Shown one piece after another: positions 49,364 to 62,222 of a DNA stretch of 64,000 nucleotides (its first letter is position 1; every line of letters begins with the position of its first letter). A program made the translations under genes and the position numbers. The notes below the pieces were generated by a model. It had not been told where the DNA came from. It saw only the letters and a list, made by a program, of their open reading frames with translations, and did no database searches. The stretch covers positions 7,671,251-7,735,250 of the forward strand of contig OZ316892.1 in the NCBI GenBank assembly GCA_973895155.1, read 5' to 3'. This DNA comes from Marsupella aquatica. Lineage: Eukaryota > Plantae > Marchantiophyta.

Positions 49364-49740
49364 TTACGGCTTGCCGGGCACGTAAAACCTCAAATGATGG
49401 TCCCATTGACATACATTCTTTGATATTTCCCCGGACTCCCGACCCAACCCAGCTCCCGACCCGCCCGGGACCCTGCCCCAGCCCACCCAAACCCTGCCCA
49501 GACCTGGCCTCCTGAACCTCTCCCCGGCCTCCCGGACCGTTCCCGAATCCCTCCCCAACCTCCCGAACGCCTCCCGAAATACCTCCCCGGCCACGGAACT
49601 CCTCCCAAACCTGGCCTCCCGAACCCTTCCCCGGCCTCCCGAACCCATCCCGTTCCACGACTCCGGGAGACCGAGCAACCGGTTTATGGATATATGGGCA
49701 AAATCCCCCAGTTTGACGTGCAAGGTCAAACCGGGTAGAT
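49364..49740. mobile_element. GC-rich MITE-like element with internal CCCGGCCTCCCG repeats
   Basis: Degenerate terminal inverted motifs GGCACGTAAAAC and GTTTGACGTGC around low-complexity C-rich repeats. The Gly-rich ORFs here are compositional artefacts. Confidence 0.4.
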
Positions 49741-52700
49741 AGGCGAGTTTCGTTGTGTCCGTTTCAAGCCTCACCCTCAACATACCGATGCTTGCTTTGG
49801 TCACAACTTAGAGCTTGCACTCTAGACGGTAGGAACCTGTTAATTACTCATGTATTATATACATTATCAAATTTCTTAGTAAATCCAGAGCAAAGAACGT
49901 TGTGGGGGAAATTTCGAGGCAATTTAACATGTTCGAGCCAATCCATAGTACATCACGGACAACATGCCACTCAATCCGAACATAGCTCTCGTAAAATATA
50001 TAAAAATAGAAAACTTAAATTCAAATGAAAACAACAAAGTACACAATCTTGATCAGATAATTAAGCAATTATCCAAAACGAGCACAGTACTTATTATTAA
50101 GAGATCACCTGCCGTATCATGATTAGACGTAAATTAAAAAATCAATTTATCCGACCGCTTAAAACGGGTTGTCCTATTTCTTGGAAGCAGGGCCACAGTT
50201 ACTAAGTTGGTATGTCAGATCCGTCAGGAGGCAGACAGACATGATCGGGCAGGCGAGCTGGGCACGGACGGCACCGTGTGATTGGTGACTGATCATTCCG
50301 TATCTACGGCCTCAACATCGCCCATAAATGGAGCGCATGACCTTTACCGTCGATTGAGGATAAGCCGGGCGGCGTGGCCTACTGCCCCATCTTATCCACA
50401 GCAGCCCTCCACGAATCGTGAGCCAGGCCCCATATGCGCGTCGGATCTTTCGCCATCTGACGTTCACGAATATCTCTCCTCCGGCCCGCCTATCCCCCGG
50501 ATACCCAGATGATTCCGAGGATCCACAGTCTATCCACAAGAGATCGCAATAGTCCAACAGATCGGAAGTCTGAGGGAGACTTCCGCAGCCTGCGGCTGCC
50601 CCTGCCCGAGCAGCCCGACATTCATTCATTCCTTATCTGCTTTATTTTATTCTATAATGTACGGTACTCTGGAGTGTGTGGATGTTGGTGATGTGGCAGT
50701 TGGTATGACACGTGTGATGTAAAGACTGTAACACCGTGAATTTGAGTGAATCTGAGTTACGTACCCGTATACAGGTATACTACTGATCACACTGGAAAGG
50801 TGGGATGTCATCGGAGCTTATCGGCCATTTTACAGAATTCTCTTACAAAAGTCTTCGCCACTTTTGACAAAAAATTGGTGGGTTTTATGGCCAGATTTGG
50901 AGACCCATTAGCCAGAATTTATCAGTCACCCTTAAATTTAGGAATATCTGATGTCCCAGAGTAGTCTCTAAAAATCACGTAAGGAATATCTCCTTGTATC
51001 TTCTCTTTCTCACTGGGTGCAGCCACTCGCCAAACTGTCTAACAAAGAAAAACTGGAGCACGTCACTCCTTTGTTGTGTGATTTGATGACAAGGGATTAT
51101 AACACTGCACCCTTTAAGTACATTCTTACATATATTGCCATGCAATAGTCATGAGTTGATGAGTTGCTTTGACATAATTATGACCCTACCATAAGAGCTT
51201 TTGAGGTTTTGCCAAAACACCTGGCTCGCAATGATGAGATCACAACCGTCAATGTGACACACTGCAATGAATGTCTCGAGAATATTACAAGTATGTCCCT
51301 AAAAAGGCTGACTTGCCAGTGTTTATATCACTTTTGATATAGTCATAGTGATGATAAAGTGTAGAGAAAGCCTTCCTCTTTCCAGTGTTTCGCCACTTGT
51401 GTCGGTCTTCGCCCTCCTTTTAGCTTCTGCGCTTTTTTTAAGAGCACTGCGGTATAAATGTTAAAGGGGGAAAAAAGTGCAGGGAAAGGTTTAAGAACTC
51501 TTTCACTATGGAGCGTTACTAGGCTTGTTCAATGCTCAGTAATGATTTATTCCTTTTGCTGACTAGCTAGGGTACTTTTTGGCTCTTTGGTCCTCTTGGG
51601 GTTTTCACTTCCTTGACACTCTTTATTGGCCCTCCTGTCTTTGGGGCTTTTGGGCTCTTTGGTCGTCCTGGATAATTTCATTGTTTGCCCCTTGTTCATT
51701 GTGTCTCTTGTCTCCATGATTGACATTTTTTGTTAATTGCAGTTTGATATATACACTTGACTACGGTGTAAATTTTTGAAATGAAACTGATATTTTATTT
51801 TACTCCTACTTGAGGAATGGTTGCTATACAGAACCTCATGGTAGTAGTTTAAGTTTAGAGAACACCCTAGGGTATACTATAGTTATACATACAGTGGCTG
51901 AAGCTGTGACAAGAGTGACTACCGTGTCTATCATCCTCCACACTCATGCAGAATTCTAATATGAATTCATGGCACTTAATCATAAAAAGAATCTGCTACT
52001 TGTTGACATTGTAAGCTACTCTAGTCAATATGATGTGCTACCCTCGTTCAGATAAACTATTTTCGTAGTGGCAAAATTTGGCGGAATTCCCCAAAATAAA
52101 AAATAACAAATAGCCAAAATACCCATGCTTCCACGATTCACTTTCGGACTTAACCAAGAACCCCATTTAGCTAAAATGTGAGTGCTATCTTTAGAGCTAC
52201 TGTAGGTAATATAAATGTAAACTAGATGTACAAAACTTAGATGAAAAATATTCATAGCATCTTTCCATTCACACAAGGCGAAGTTCGCCGTCCCGACCAA
52301 AGCCAGAAGACCTAAAAACTTACCCAACTTAAGATCCACCAGGCGGTATGCTATACGCCGGTGCTTAACTAGCGATACACACAAGATGGGAGTCCGACCG
52401 TTCCCGTCGAATGGGATTTTAACGAGAAAAGGACAGCCGAGATTTACTTTGACAGTTGGTCGGCAGAAGTAAGCTGCTGTCGTGTTGGAGAGAGACAAGA
52501 GATAAGGATAGGGTAAGGGTTAAAAGACAATCACCGCGAGGCCCAAAGTCCCAAACACTGCCGGGCAGGTGGTCGGGCAGGCGGGCGGGTTGGGCAGGTG
52601 ACGGCAACCTGGGCAGGACGGTATAGTCAAACGAAAGACGGGATACCGGATATACCACCGACTTTTCTTTGAATGCCTGACCGGAGCGCCCGACGTTTCC

Positions 52701-55172
52701 ATTTCATTTTGGTTTGATGAGTGTGTAAAGTCTAGTATAATAATTAGCAAAGTATCTTCAGTTTTTTTACTGGTAAATACACGTTTTCCATGTCCGTGTG
52801 TTGTCATCCTATCTTACTGAGTTCAAAAGATTTACTGACTACGCAAAGGTCATGACTCGTTTAGTGTAAGGTTTACAAAAATTCATCAAAATAGAATCTA
52901 TCTGCATGACCACGCATGAATGATTCTTTCTTCACAAAAAGCGACATGACATGACATAAACAAGGACGATACAAATGGATTGCATACAAACGTTTTTGGC
53001 AACGAAGTCCATGTTTGGCCCTTTACAGCCTGTGGTCTGGCCATTTTACACCAGCATTTTTACTGGGTTTTACTTGTCTCATAAGTAAAGTATTCCTTTC
53101 AAGGGGGAAAAAAAAACTAAGCTCAAACATACGCTGAAGTAGTGAGTTTGTGAATAAGTGAGTTGTAATTTATTTTTATCAAACGTTTGGGTCTCGGCTA
53201 TGCTGTGCTGAACTGCTTTTTTCCTCAATGAAATCTAACCATCTCTACCAGGAGAAAATAGCATTTGATTCACAGACAGAAAAATCTAGATTTGGCAGCC
53301 TGAAGAATTTCTATATTTTTAAAAGATGCCTACTGGGCTAGCAGATTCAATTGTGGGAGGTTTGCCACAAGCCTAGTTTAGACTCACGTTTTTATAATTG
53401 TTGGAATGTTTTTTTGTTTCTCTTAGCTAGCTCATACCCATGCCCATGGCCTACTATTGGCTTAAACAAAGCAACTCCCACCACTTATCAACGAGCCAAA
53501 CTTGTTCTTATCCATATGAATCCACATGGGTTTGACTTAGATTCAACTTGCATGTGATGGACCCTTTGTTTTGCGGCCCTCAAAATAACTGATGTCATGA
53601 TATCATTCAGTGAGACTTTCATGCACTAAGCTCTCCTCAGGTAGGCCTGACGGCATCTCTTGGCTGACCATAAGTCTCCTGAACTCTGCCTTGGGTAACG
53701 TGACAAAGCACGGCACAAACATACTCGCGCACAACACACTTAGCAGATTGTGTCATGAATGGAAATTGCTTAAAGTGTTGAATTCTTGAGGGCTGCCCAC
53801 ATGTTAGGCTGGCCCCTAGTTGAGATAAATAAAACAACTTCCATCACTTATCATCACCAATATCGATAACCAAACATTTTCTGATTGAATCAATTTTGAT
53901 TTGCCCATACTTGTCTAACCAGTCATCTATTATTATACAACCTAGTCTCTCTCAAACGTCCAATCATTGTTATTTGCCCATACTCAACCTTATCATTTCT
54001 TCGGTTAAACAACTTGGCTTCTCCCTAATGCACTCATTATTAATTGATTTGCCCATCCTTATCTAAACACAGGGTGGGCTAACAGTAGCTTCGTCTTTCC
54101 TCCATACAGTCATCATTAATTTGCCCATTCTCCTCTAACTTATATGCATGCCATGCTACAATGTGTGTGAAATGTAGTCTTCTCCTTCACTAATTTTCCA
54201 GGCAAAAAATTCAGTTCACGACTTATATATATTTTGAAAAGATAGACAGAAATTTATCTTGTAACGTAAGACTATACTCATGAGCAGGGACTGACATACT
54301 CTTATGACTAGTGTATGGGTTTAGGGGTTTAGATTCCATCCTTATAAACATTCCAGATATTATTATCACAAAAGTGTTTAAGTAAAACTTGTTATTTTAC
54401 GTGTCCAAAGCCAAAAGTTCAATCTTACATTACCTATGAGTTACAATGACGTGCATTCTAAGTGAGGTGACACCGTAGGGCATCTCAAACCTGGAGGGCC
54501 ATAGAAGGATCCCCAGTCCAAAAGTGTGAGTTATGGTATGCGGTCACAAGTGGTACAACAAGCTTTCGAAGTCCACCACTTTGCGTCCGGTAAAATATGT
54601 GCACATATCCATGACCATAGCCAAAAACCCATAGGTTTGAGACCATGTATTAGTTTCAATTAACTCTCCTCTAAGTGCACTCTCTGGGGCAGACGGCTCC
54701 AGCATGCACTAAGCCAGGTGTTGCATTCCTTCATAAGCACACACCACCTAAAACATGCACTTATCACTTATCAATATGTGTACATGATTTAGATCCCTTT
54801 GTTGAATGTGTAATGGACCCCTCTGCCAGTGAGCAGCCTCCTGCCTGGTATCCCTGCCCTAAATTGTGTGCACAAACCCCGGGCACAAACTCCCTAAGTG
54901 CATTTTTAACTCTATTAAGAATAGGCATGCATTTTTCAGTAAATGCAATTTTATGGGTTCACGCGCCTACCAATAAGTGCATACAGACGCTTATGAAGGA
55001 TAAGCACTTATACAGTTGTCACTAAGCAAAATGATTTCAGGCCTGTGTGCACTTAGAAAAGATGCTTAAAAAAGCGCTTATTCTGTGTAAAGCAGAAAGG
55101 AACAGGATGCCCTGCACTTGACAGGTAATGCTCTTATGGCATGTGCGCTTAGACACAGCCGACTGTACTAAT

Positions 55173-55395
55173 TACCGCCCTGCCCGGTCCTTTGAATTTG
55201 TTCTCTCGGGGCTCGGGCACCCTGGAAGGCGGCTCAGTCTCCGAAAACACAAAACCCGAAAACCGGATAAGGTAAGTTGGAAGTGGGTAAGGTGAATTAA
55301 AGATCCCGTCGTAATAAACCCCGCGTACCGAATCACACAGGGTGGGCGGGAGGCCGGGCAGCACCACAGTCCAGGGCAGCCGGGCAAGGCGGCAG
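55173..55395. mobile_element. Possible small MITE upstream of the OXS3-like gene
   Basis: TACCGCCCTGCCCGG versus CCGGGCAAGGCGGCA (13/15 inverted match), with CTGTAC near both flanks. Confidence 0.35.
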
Positions 55396-57660
55396 CTGTA
55401 CGATGATAATAGAGGGAATAAATCTCACTACAGTGTCGACACTCGACACTACTACACTACTAGTCTACTACACTATTACTACTTCAGGCCTTCAGTAGTG
55501 GGCAGTGGCAGCTACAGTAGTGGAGTAGTCGTAGTAGTCGTAGGAGCTATGGCAGCTGAAAGTGCGGGCGAGTGACTTGGTGGGGTGATGTTGTCCACTT
55601 CCGTTGCTTGCTTTGCATGCATGGGAGGAACGGAGGAACGGAGGCAGGGAGTGGAGGTGGCAGCCGGCAGAAATTCTGCTAACGTGAGCAATCGCCGCAG
55701 CAGTCATCAACGGATGAGCGAGAGGAGGAGATTGGTGATGAAAGCTTGTTGAGCAAGGGAGGGCGGACAGCTTGCTTGACTGGAGCCCAGCCCGGCCCAG
55801 CTCAATTCAATTCAATCCAGTCCAGTCCAGTCCAATCCACAGTCCAATCCAATGGCCTCATCACCCATCACGCCAGCACCTGCACCTGCACCCGCACCCG
55901 AATTATTACTTGGCTCTGACTATTATTATCATTGCTAACTGGTGGAGAGCGAGAGAGGCAGAGAGAGGTGGCTCGGTGGGGAAGGCTGAAAGGGAAAGCA
56001 CGAAGAAGACACAGATCACACAGAATCATTGCATCGAGTGCAGCAGCAGCAAAGCAACAGAAAGAGAAAGAGAAAGAGAACGAGAAACCACAAGCGTAGG
56101 ATTGGGGCACTTTGGACTGGCAGCTCGAATGCAATTGTTGGGTCCGTGGGCTTCTCCTTGGTGGTGGGCGAGTGGCACACAAAGAGCAGCAGTGGCGTGG
56201 ATAAACAGGATATGGTTTGACCGGCCATGGAAGCGGCATCTGTCGGAATCGCAAGGTGACACACGAATTCACTCGTGTGATTGATTTCGCAAGAGCCAAA
56301 AGGACGGGAACGACCGTGAAAAGAGCGTGTCTGATCCAGCAAGTGGGGTATGAGCCTGTGAGGCGAGAGGGGTGGGGGACAGGTGGGTTCTGTGGAGAGT
56401 GTGCACGCACACTCACAAGAATTAGGACAGAGACAGGATATACCCACGCTGCGGCAGCAATCCAGATATTCCTTTGGCGTGGTTGTTCCCGGTTCTACTA
56501 TTTTTGGGATTCGGGATATTTCGCATTCCAACGCGTTCAAAGTCTTACCCACAACAGGATCTGGCGGGGAATTTTTGTCATTGAGAGACCAGGTTCATGC
56601 GCTTCTGCTTCCTTCGGCTTTTGTCCTTCGAAGAGTATGGACGTGCGGGAATTGCTGCGCAGAAGATAGATCATCCAGGAGGCGAGAGGAAATTGTCTAC
56701 GATAACTGACTGAGTGAATGTTTGGGAAGTTCCACTGTCGATTTCTTCTTGGTTACGGTAGTTTTGAGCTTCCGAACGATCGGTCTTTCCATCCATTTCT
56801 AAGCCTAGAGCATTGATTATCATCTTCTCGTGTGCTGAGAAAGGAGAGGAGGAGCATCATCGGGAGGAACGGTGAGCATCTGTCACTGGGTTACAGGGAC
56901 TCGACTGGGACGAGTATTCGTATTGAGCACATCTACGAGACGGAAGTTCTTTCTTCGCTGGAGTAGTGCATGACCCGACGTTTGGGGTTTGGCAGGAGAT
57001 CTTCGGGCTGCTCGCTGGCTGTGTGAGGAGGGAGGATATATTCATCCTTGGTGGTGAAATTGTCTGTTGATAGGGAAGGAGAGGTATCTGAGCTCGGTAT
57101 TCTGAGTGGGTTTACAGTCTCTGTCTGCACTGATCTGCCTGCCTGGGAATGAGTTGTACTCGTCCTCGCATCTGTGTGTTGGCCGGTCGGCTACCTCGCA
57201 GGACGGTGGACCGATTGAAGGAGAGAGGTGGAATGAGTATCAGATGGAGGGACAAGATGGACGTCATTCGGTTGGACGCAAGGTAGGAGGATGATGAGAT
57301 GTTAAGGACACTTCTTTCATACTTCAGGCATCCTGCCACCCAGCTAGCAGCCTCTTTGGACAATCCAGCAGCCTGCCTCCTCTCAATTGGAGACTCTATC
57401 TCCCTTCAATCTTCAGGCAAAGTTTGGAGATCACTCGTTCAGATGTGACAACCTCTCTCCCAACTCATTACTTGTTTGGGATGAGCAGCCACATAAGTGA
57501 AATTATCGCAGAAGACCCATGAATGATTGTATACTGGTTGTTTTTTAGCTGAACGAAGCTGTGTCACACACGACCGACAGTTCTGCGGTTTATTGCATCG
57601 AGCCAATAACTGACTTGGCCAACCTTTATCTGCTAAGGTTGGTTTTCGCTTTGGAGAACA

Positions 57661-59205
57661 ATGTCTCTGGCATCGTACCAGGGCTGGGAAGTGGGGGCAA
57701 AGACAAGAGCCAAGGTCTATCAATGTGTCGTGGATGCTGCTCCCTGCAGGTGGCAGCAGCAGCAACAACAGCATCGTAATCTTCAGGTTGATTCCCCTAA
57801 AACAAATCTGTCGGCTATCTCGTTGTGTATACATCACAGCAGCAGTTCCCACTGTGAGTCTTCGCAGGAGCCTAGCAGCAAGTCCAGTGTGTCGGAGTCC
57901 ACTGTTGTTACAGCTTCTTCCCCTGTATCCTGTAGCAAACCTCTACATGGCGAGTGTGGGCCTGTGTCATCTTACGTGCTGCCCTCCCTGGCTGCCTATC
58001 CGGGAAGTGAGAGAGTCCCACTGATAGGTGAAGAGCTGGAGGTAGTCAACAGCCTTACTTCAGGTAGGAGTGGGGGTCTGGATTGGAGTAACGGTAACAG
58101 CCAGATAGGCCTCTGGAAGTTCCATCCCCATGACCATGATGATGACTTGGATTCGTGTGGCGAAGGGTCAACACGGCCCACAAACGGATTATCAGAGGAT
58201 AAACTTGACTTGCCCTGCACAGTTTCTCCTCCGTCTTTGTTACAGACAGTTGGTCCTGCTTTGTCATCGTCTTCATCCTCAATCGGAGTTGGTGGAGAGC
58301 ACAGTTTTAGCTCAGAGAGTTCTGAGGATAATACTGGCGATGGCGAAGTCCAATCAGCTCTTCGTGCTGCTCCTCTCAGCACTTTGTCGGCCCTAGAGGA
58401 TTCGCTCCCCATCAAGTGAGTAAAAGTCATGGACAGTTTTTTCACCTCTTGCTAAGAAACCGTCACATTGTTATTTGAACTGTAGGGTTCTCGAATGCGT
58501 AGGGGTCTTGCGTTTTCACATTTTTTACGTTTAGCTTCTCCACTTATTTCTTTTCACGAAGAAGCTTTTGTTTTTAGCATGCCAAAGAACTTTGTCGTCG
58601 GAAATGGAAGTTGGTGCTAGTCGTGGTCTAATTGGTATCACATCATCCAGTGCAAGCTCTGTGCATTATGATAGTTGTTCCATCGTCTATGGAGAAAATG
58701 GGACGAGTCTGTCAGCGAGGCAAAAATCTTCTTACCAACAACTATCAATGCCCGACTTCTCCGACTGATTGTTGTTTGGATGACTTCCAGGAGGGGCTTG
58801 TCTCGCTACTTCACAGGCCAGTCGAAGTCCTTCGGGTGCTTGTCAGATGCTCTGTCGACCAGCTTGGCCAAACCAGCAAACCCGTATTCCAGGAGGCGGA
58901 AAAACTTCGTCTTGTTATCAGAGGACCGACAGCGGACTTGTCCTCCTGTGTCTCAAAAATCTGCATCTGGCATCTCCAAGAAAACCACTTTTGGCAACAA
59001 AAGTAATTTGGCTCTAGCCGTGGCTATGGAGGCCGCCCAGCAAGAGGAAGATGGCAATGACAATGACGAAAATGATGATGACGACGACGAAGAAGACAAC
59101 GACCATGCGACCCCACTCCCAAGGCTGGGTCTGGGTAGATTCCAGGGCAATGCTCCTTCACGGTCATACTCTCTTTCAGATCTTCAGGGTGCTGGAAGAG
59201 GCTGA
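57661..59205 (+). CDS. OXIDATIVE STRESS 3 (OXS3)-family protein, 2 exons, ~389 aa
   Basis: Exon 1 57661-58415 (AA|GTGAG) and exon 2 58791-59205 (TTCCAG|G) join to give GEVQS...[33 protein letters not shown]...LAKPANPYSRRRK, the OXS3 signature, followed by C-terminal SRSYSLSDL. The start codon is uncertain. Confidence 0.85.
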
Positions 59206-60502
59206 CTGAAGCGAAATTTAGGTTGACTGAATTTGATTTTTAGAATCAACTTAATTGGGCTTGCTCCGGCGCCCCATGAGAAAGTCTGGAGCCTTACCAT
59301 GCAGCTACATACTGGCAGGACGAGTAGCTGGAGTTTACTGAGCTAAAGGTTTCCCAACTTGGTGTACTTGGTGAACTAGCCGAGAATCAATGCACAAGAA
59401 AGAGACCATAGGTCAGATTGCCATCATGAGAAACTAGTGCTTTGTCCCTGTGGATTCAATTCCTTAGAAGTAAGGAGGGATGAAAATATTCGGAGTTTGA
59501 GGTCGTTGCCGCGTACCCTCTCGTACAACAAAATGGGCCGTTTGTAGCTTTAGTTATGCAGTTGTGTATGTATATAGATATGTACTTGAAATTATGACAA
59601 AACTAGCAAAAAAAGGAACTGCAGGTGAAGAGTTGGAGAAGAGCGTGTTCTCAGGCGGGCGTGGTGTGTTTTACTAGACAATGGAAAGATGTGAGGTTAG
59701 GTGCCCATGAGAATCTTTGGGACGAGCAGATTCTCCTTCAAGAGATAGATGGGAGCCTCCAAATAGTCAAAACATGTTGTGTAATTGATTTTCGAATGTT
59801 GAATGACATAAGCGGAATGGACGAGACGAGGCATCCTTTGCAGTCTTCATCACACCATCCACGGTGACGATGAGGACTGGTGGTGTGATGTTTGTCCATC
59901 TGGATTATAACCAAGTTGCTTACTTTACAATGGTTGTCTGTGCGCCAGTCTGGTTTCATATACACAATAGTGTGTTGGGTTTTTCCTGTATTAGGAGTCG
60001 TCCTTGCTGTCCTTCTACAGGTGTGGTGTGATGGAAGAGGCTGCCAACGGTGATAATGTGGCAAATACTGGTCAAACATACAGTAGTAGGCAGTTCTTAG
60101 TTAGTTGCCTGATAGCTTGGATTCGAATGTCTGTTCTTAGCGCTGATCCCATTTATTTTATTTTGTTATTGGAAGGATCCTATTGGGGACATTGTGTGGG
60201 TGCCGAAACTAAACGTTGGTGGTAGTTTTAAGCGTGTCAGTAGAATTTTTTGTAAACTCTTAGAGAGAGTAGCCTTAACCAAACCACTTTTCTGACCAAA
60301 AGGTCAGTTACAGTAAAGTTACTCTAAAACATCATTCCCAACATGAGAATGACTAAGAATTCGTGTATCTAGCTTCTAAATTGTGCAAAGGACAGTTACT
60401 GTGAAATTTCCCTAAAAATGATAACTCTGAAAACCTCACTCCCAATCTGAGAATGAGACTGAAAACAATAGTGTGAATCGAGGTTTCTAAATTGTGCAAA
60501 AC

Positions 60503-60680
60503 AGCCCTCCCCTGCGCACCTTCAGCAGAGCTGAAGCTGAGATGCGCTTTGTGACCCAGTGTGCCCAATAGCCCTCCCCTGCCCGCCCTGAGCAGAGTTG
60601 AAGATGAGATTGCTTTGTGACCTCACCTCCCGTGCACGCCTTGATCAGAGCTGAAGGTGAGACATGCTTTGTGACCTCAC
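60503..60680. repeat. Tandem repeat, ~58-66-bp unit x3
   Basis: CCTCCCxTGCxCxCC...CAGAGxTGAAGxTGAGA...GCTTTGTGACC occurs three times between the convergent OXS3-like and PRP31 genes. Confidence 0.7.
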
Positions 60681-62222
60681 CAGCCAATAAAAAGAGTTTC
60701 GCCTCGAGTCTTACCCCATGTACACTGCCAGTAGACCGAATCCTGTTTCACATTCCATTTAGACGCCAGCCTCAGATTGCCGACTTTACAGAAACTTTCA
60801 TCGGTTCATGCAAAGCTGTGTTTGCAGATTGCTATTCTGGGTATGTTGTGTGTTCCAAGAGGAGAAATGCTCGTAGTGCAGATCTGTCGTTGATCATTCG
60901 TTTACTGAATCATCAAGACTTTTATGTCGTCATTTAAGTCACTTCAAGTAAGGCGGCACCATATGTCATTGTGCCTCTACCTATTCCACAGGATGGTGCC
61001 GACACACACTTGCAAAGAAATCTTAATACAAAACTACGTATTGTTCATGTTGATTGGCCTAGTGTGACCCTCTGAAGTGCTCGTCCCGAATTGATTGGCA
61101 AGTTACGAGCCCAGACTTAGAACCTCAGAATCGATTTCTGGGACAAGAGGATCTCTAATTACCAAGCGTCAGTATCTCAAGTCAGTGTAGCAAGCGGAGC
61201 CATTTCTGAATTGATGCCTTGAAAGTGGTGTGCATGTTCAGGCTCCGTGTTCTCCTCTCACCGCAACTGTTTCTTAAATACAATTACATGCATCAATTAC
61301 TAGTGTAGGTTTAACTGGCTTTCGAACATGCTCTACTACCTGTCATGTCGCACAGGTTCAGGGCCTTGAGAAAGCCCAGTTTACTTAACTTTTCAACCCG
61401 TTTTCTTTGCCTAACACCACTACAGCTTTGTGGACTACAGCACTATTGACCAGACTGTGGAGTACATATTAGTATCTCTCTGGCATAGGTGACAAGTTGC
61501 CAATCACGATGACTGACAGAAGATGCGATAACCCTCATCACCAAAAAATTCAGGACATCATGCAGTGAGAGAGCAACTTAATATCGTTCCTACTTTGACC
61601 GCTGCAAACTCAACAAGATTGGATTTCTAGCGAGGATGATTGGGGAAATGCACTAGCAATGTTTACACAGGACGGAGATTAACCAGAGGGTTTTGGGCCT
61701 TCGCATCGGCATGTGATGCATTCCTAAGAATAATGAATTATTTAGCTCTCTAGCACCGGTGGCGAGTATTCAAAGAACTAGGGAGAAGCAAAATCCATCA
61801 ATAAACATGAACTAAATATACATTTGTACGCCGCGACAAAGAGGACTCTAAAAATAATCAACTCTGGTACGAGGGAAAGCAGTAATGTTGTTGGATGATC
61901 CAACGAATCTCCTTACACTGCGGTAATTGTGAACCTATGTCTAAAATTGTACAAACTAAAATCCAGCACTACTGTTCGACTCTGTGAATTGGCCTCTGCT
62001 TGACCAAATATTACAACTGCGGGACATCCTAAGCACGCCACCAACTCCAGGAATAGAGGCGAACTTTCGTATCTTTTGTTCGAAACCCCTTCCTTGTCTG
62101 AGTAGAAGAGGCGACCGATTTAAACTTGTTTCCGACAAAAAATAACCGACCAAGACTTGAGCCATTTATAGGGGGAACATTGACTGCCCTGGGATCTGGG
62201 ATACGAGTACAGTAATCTTTCG

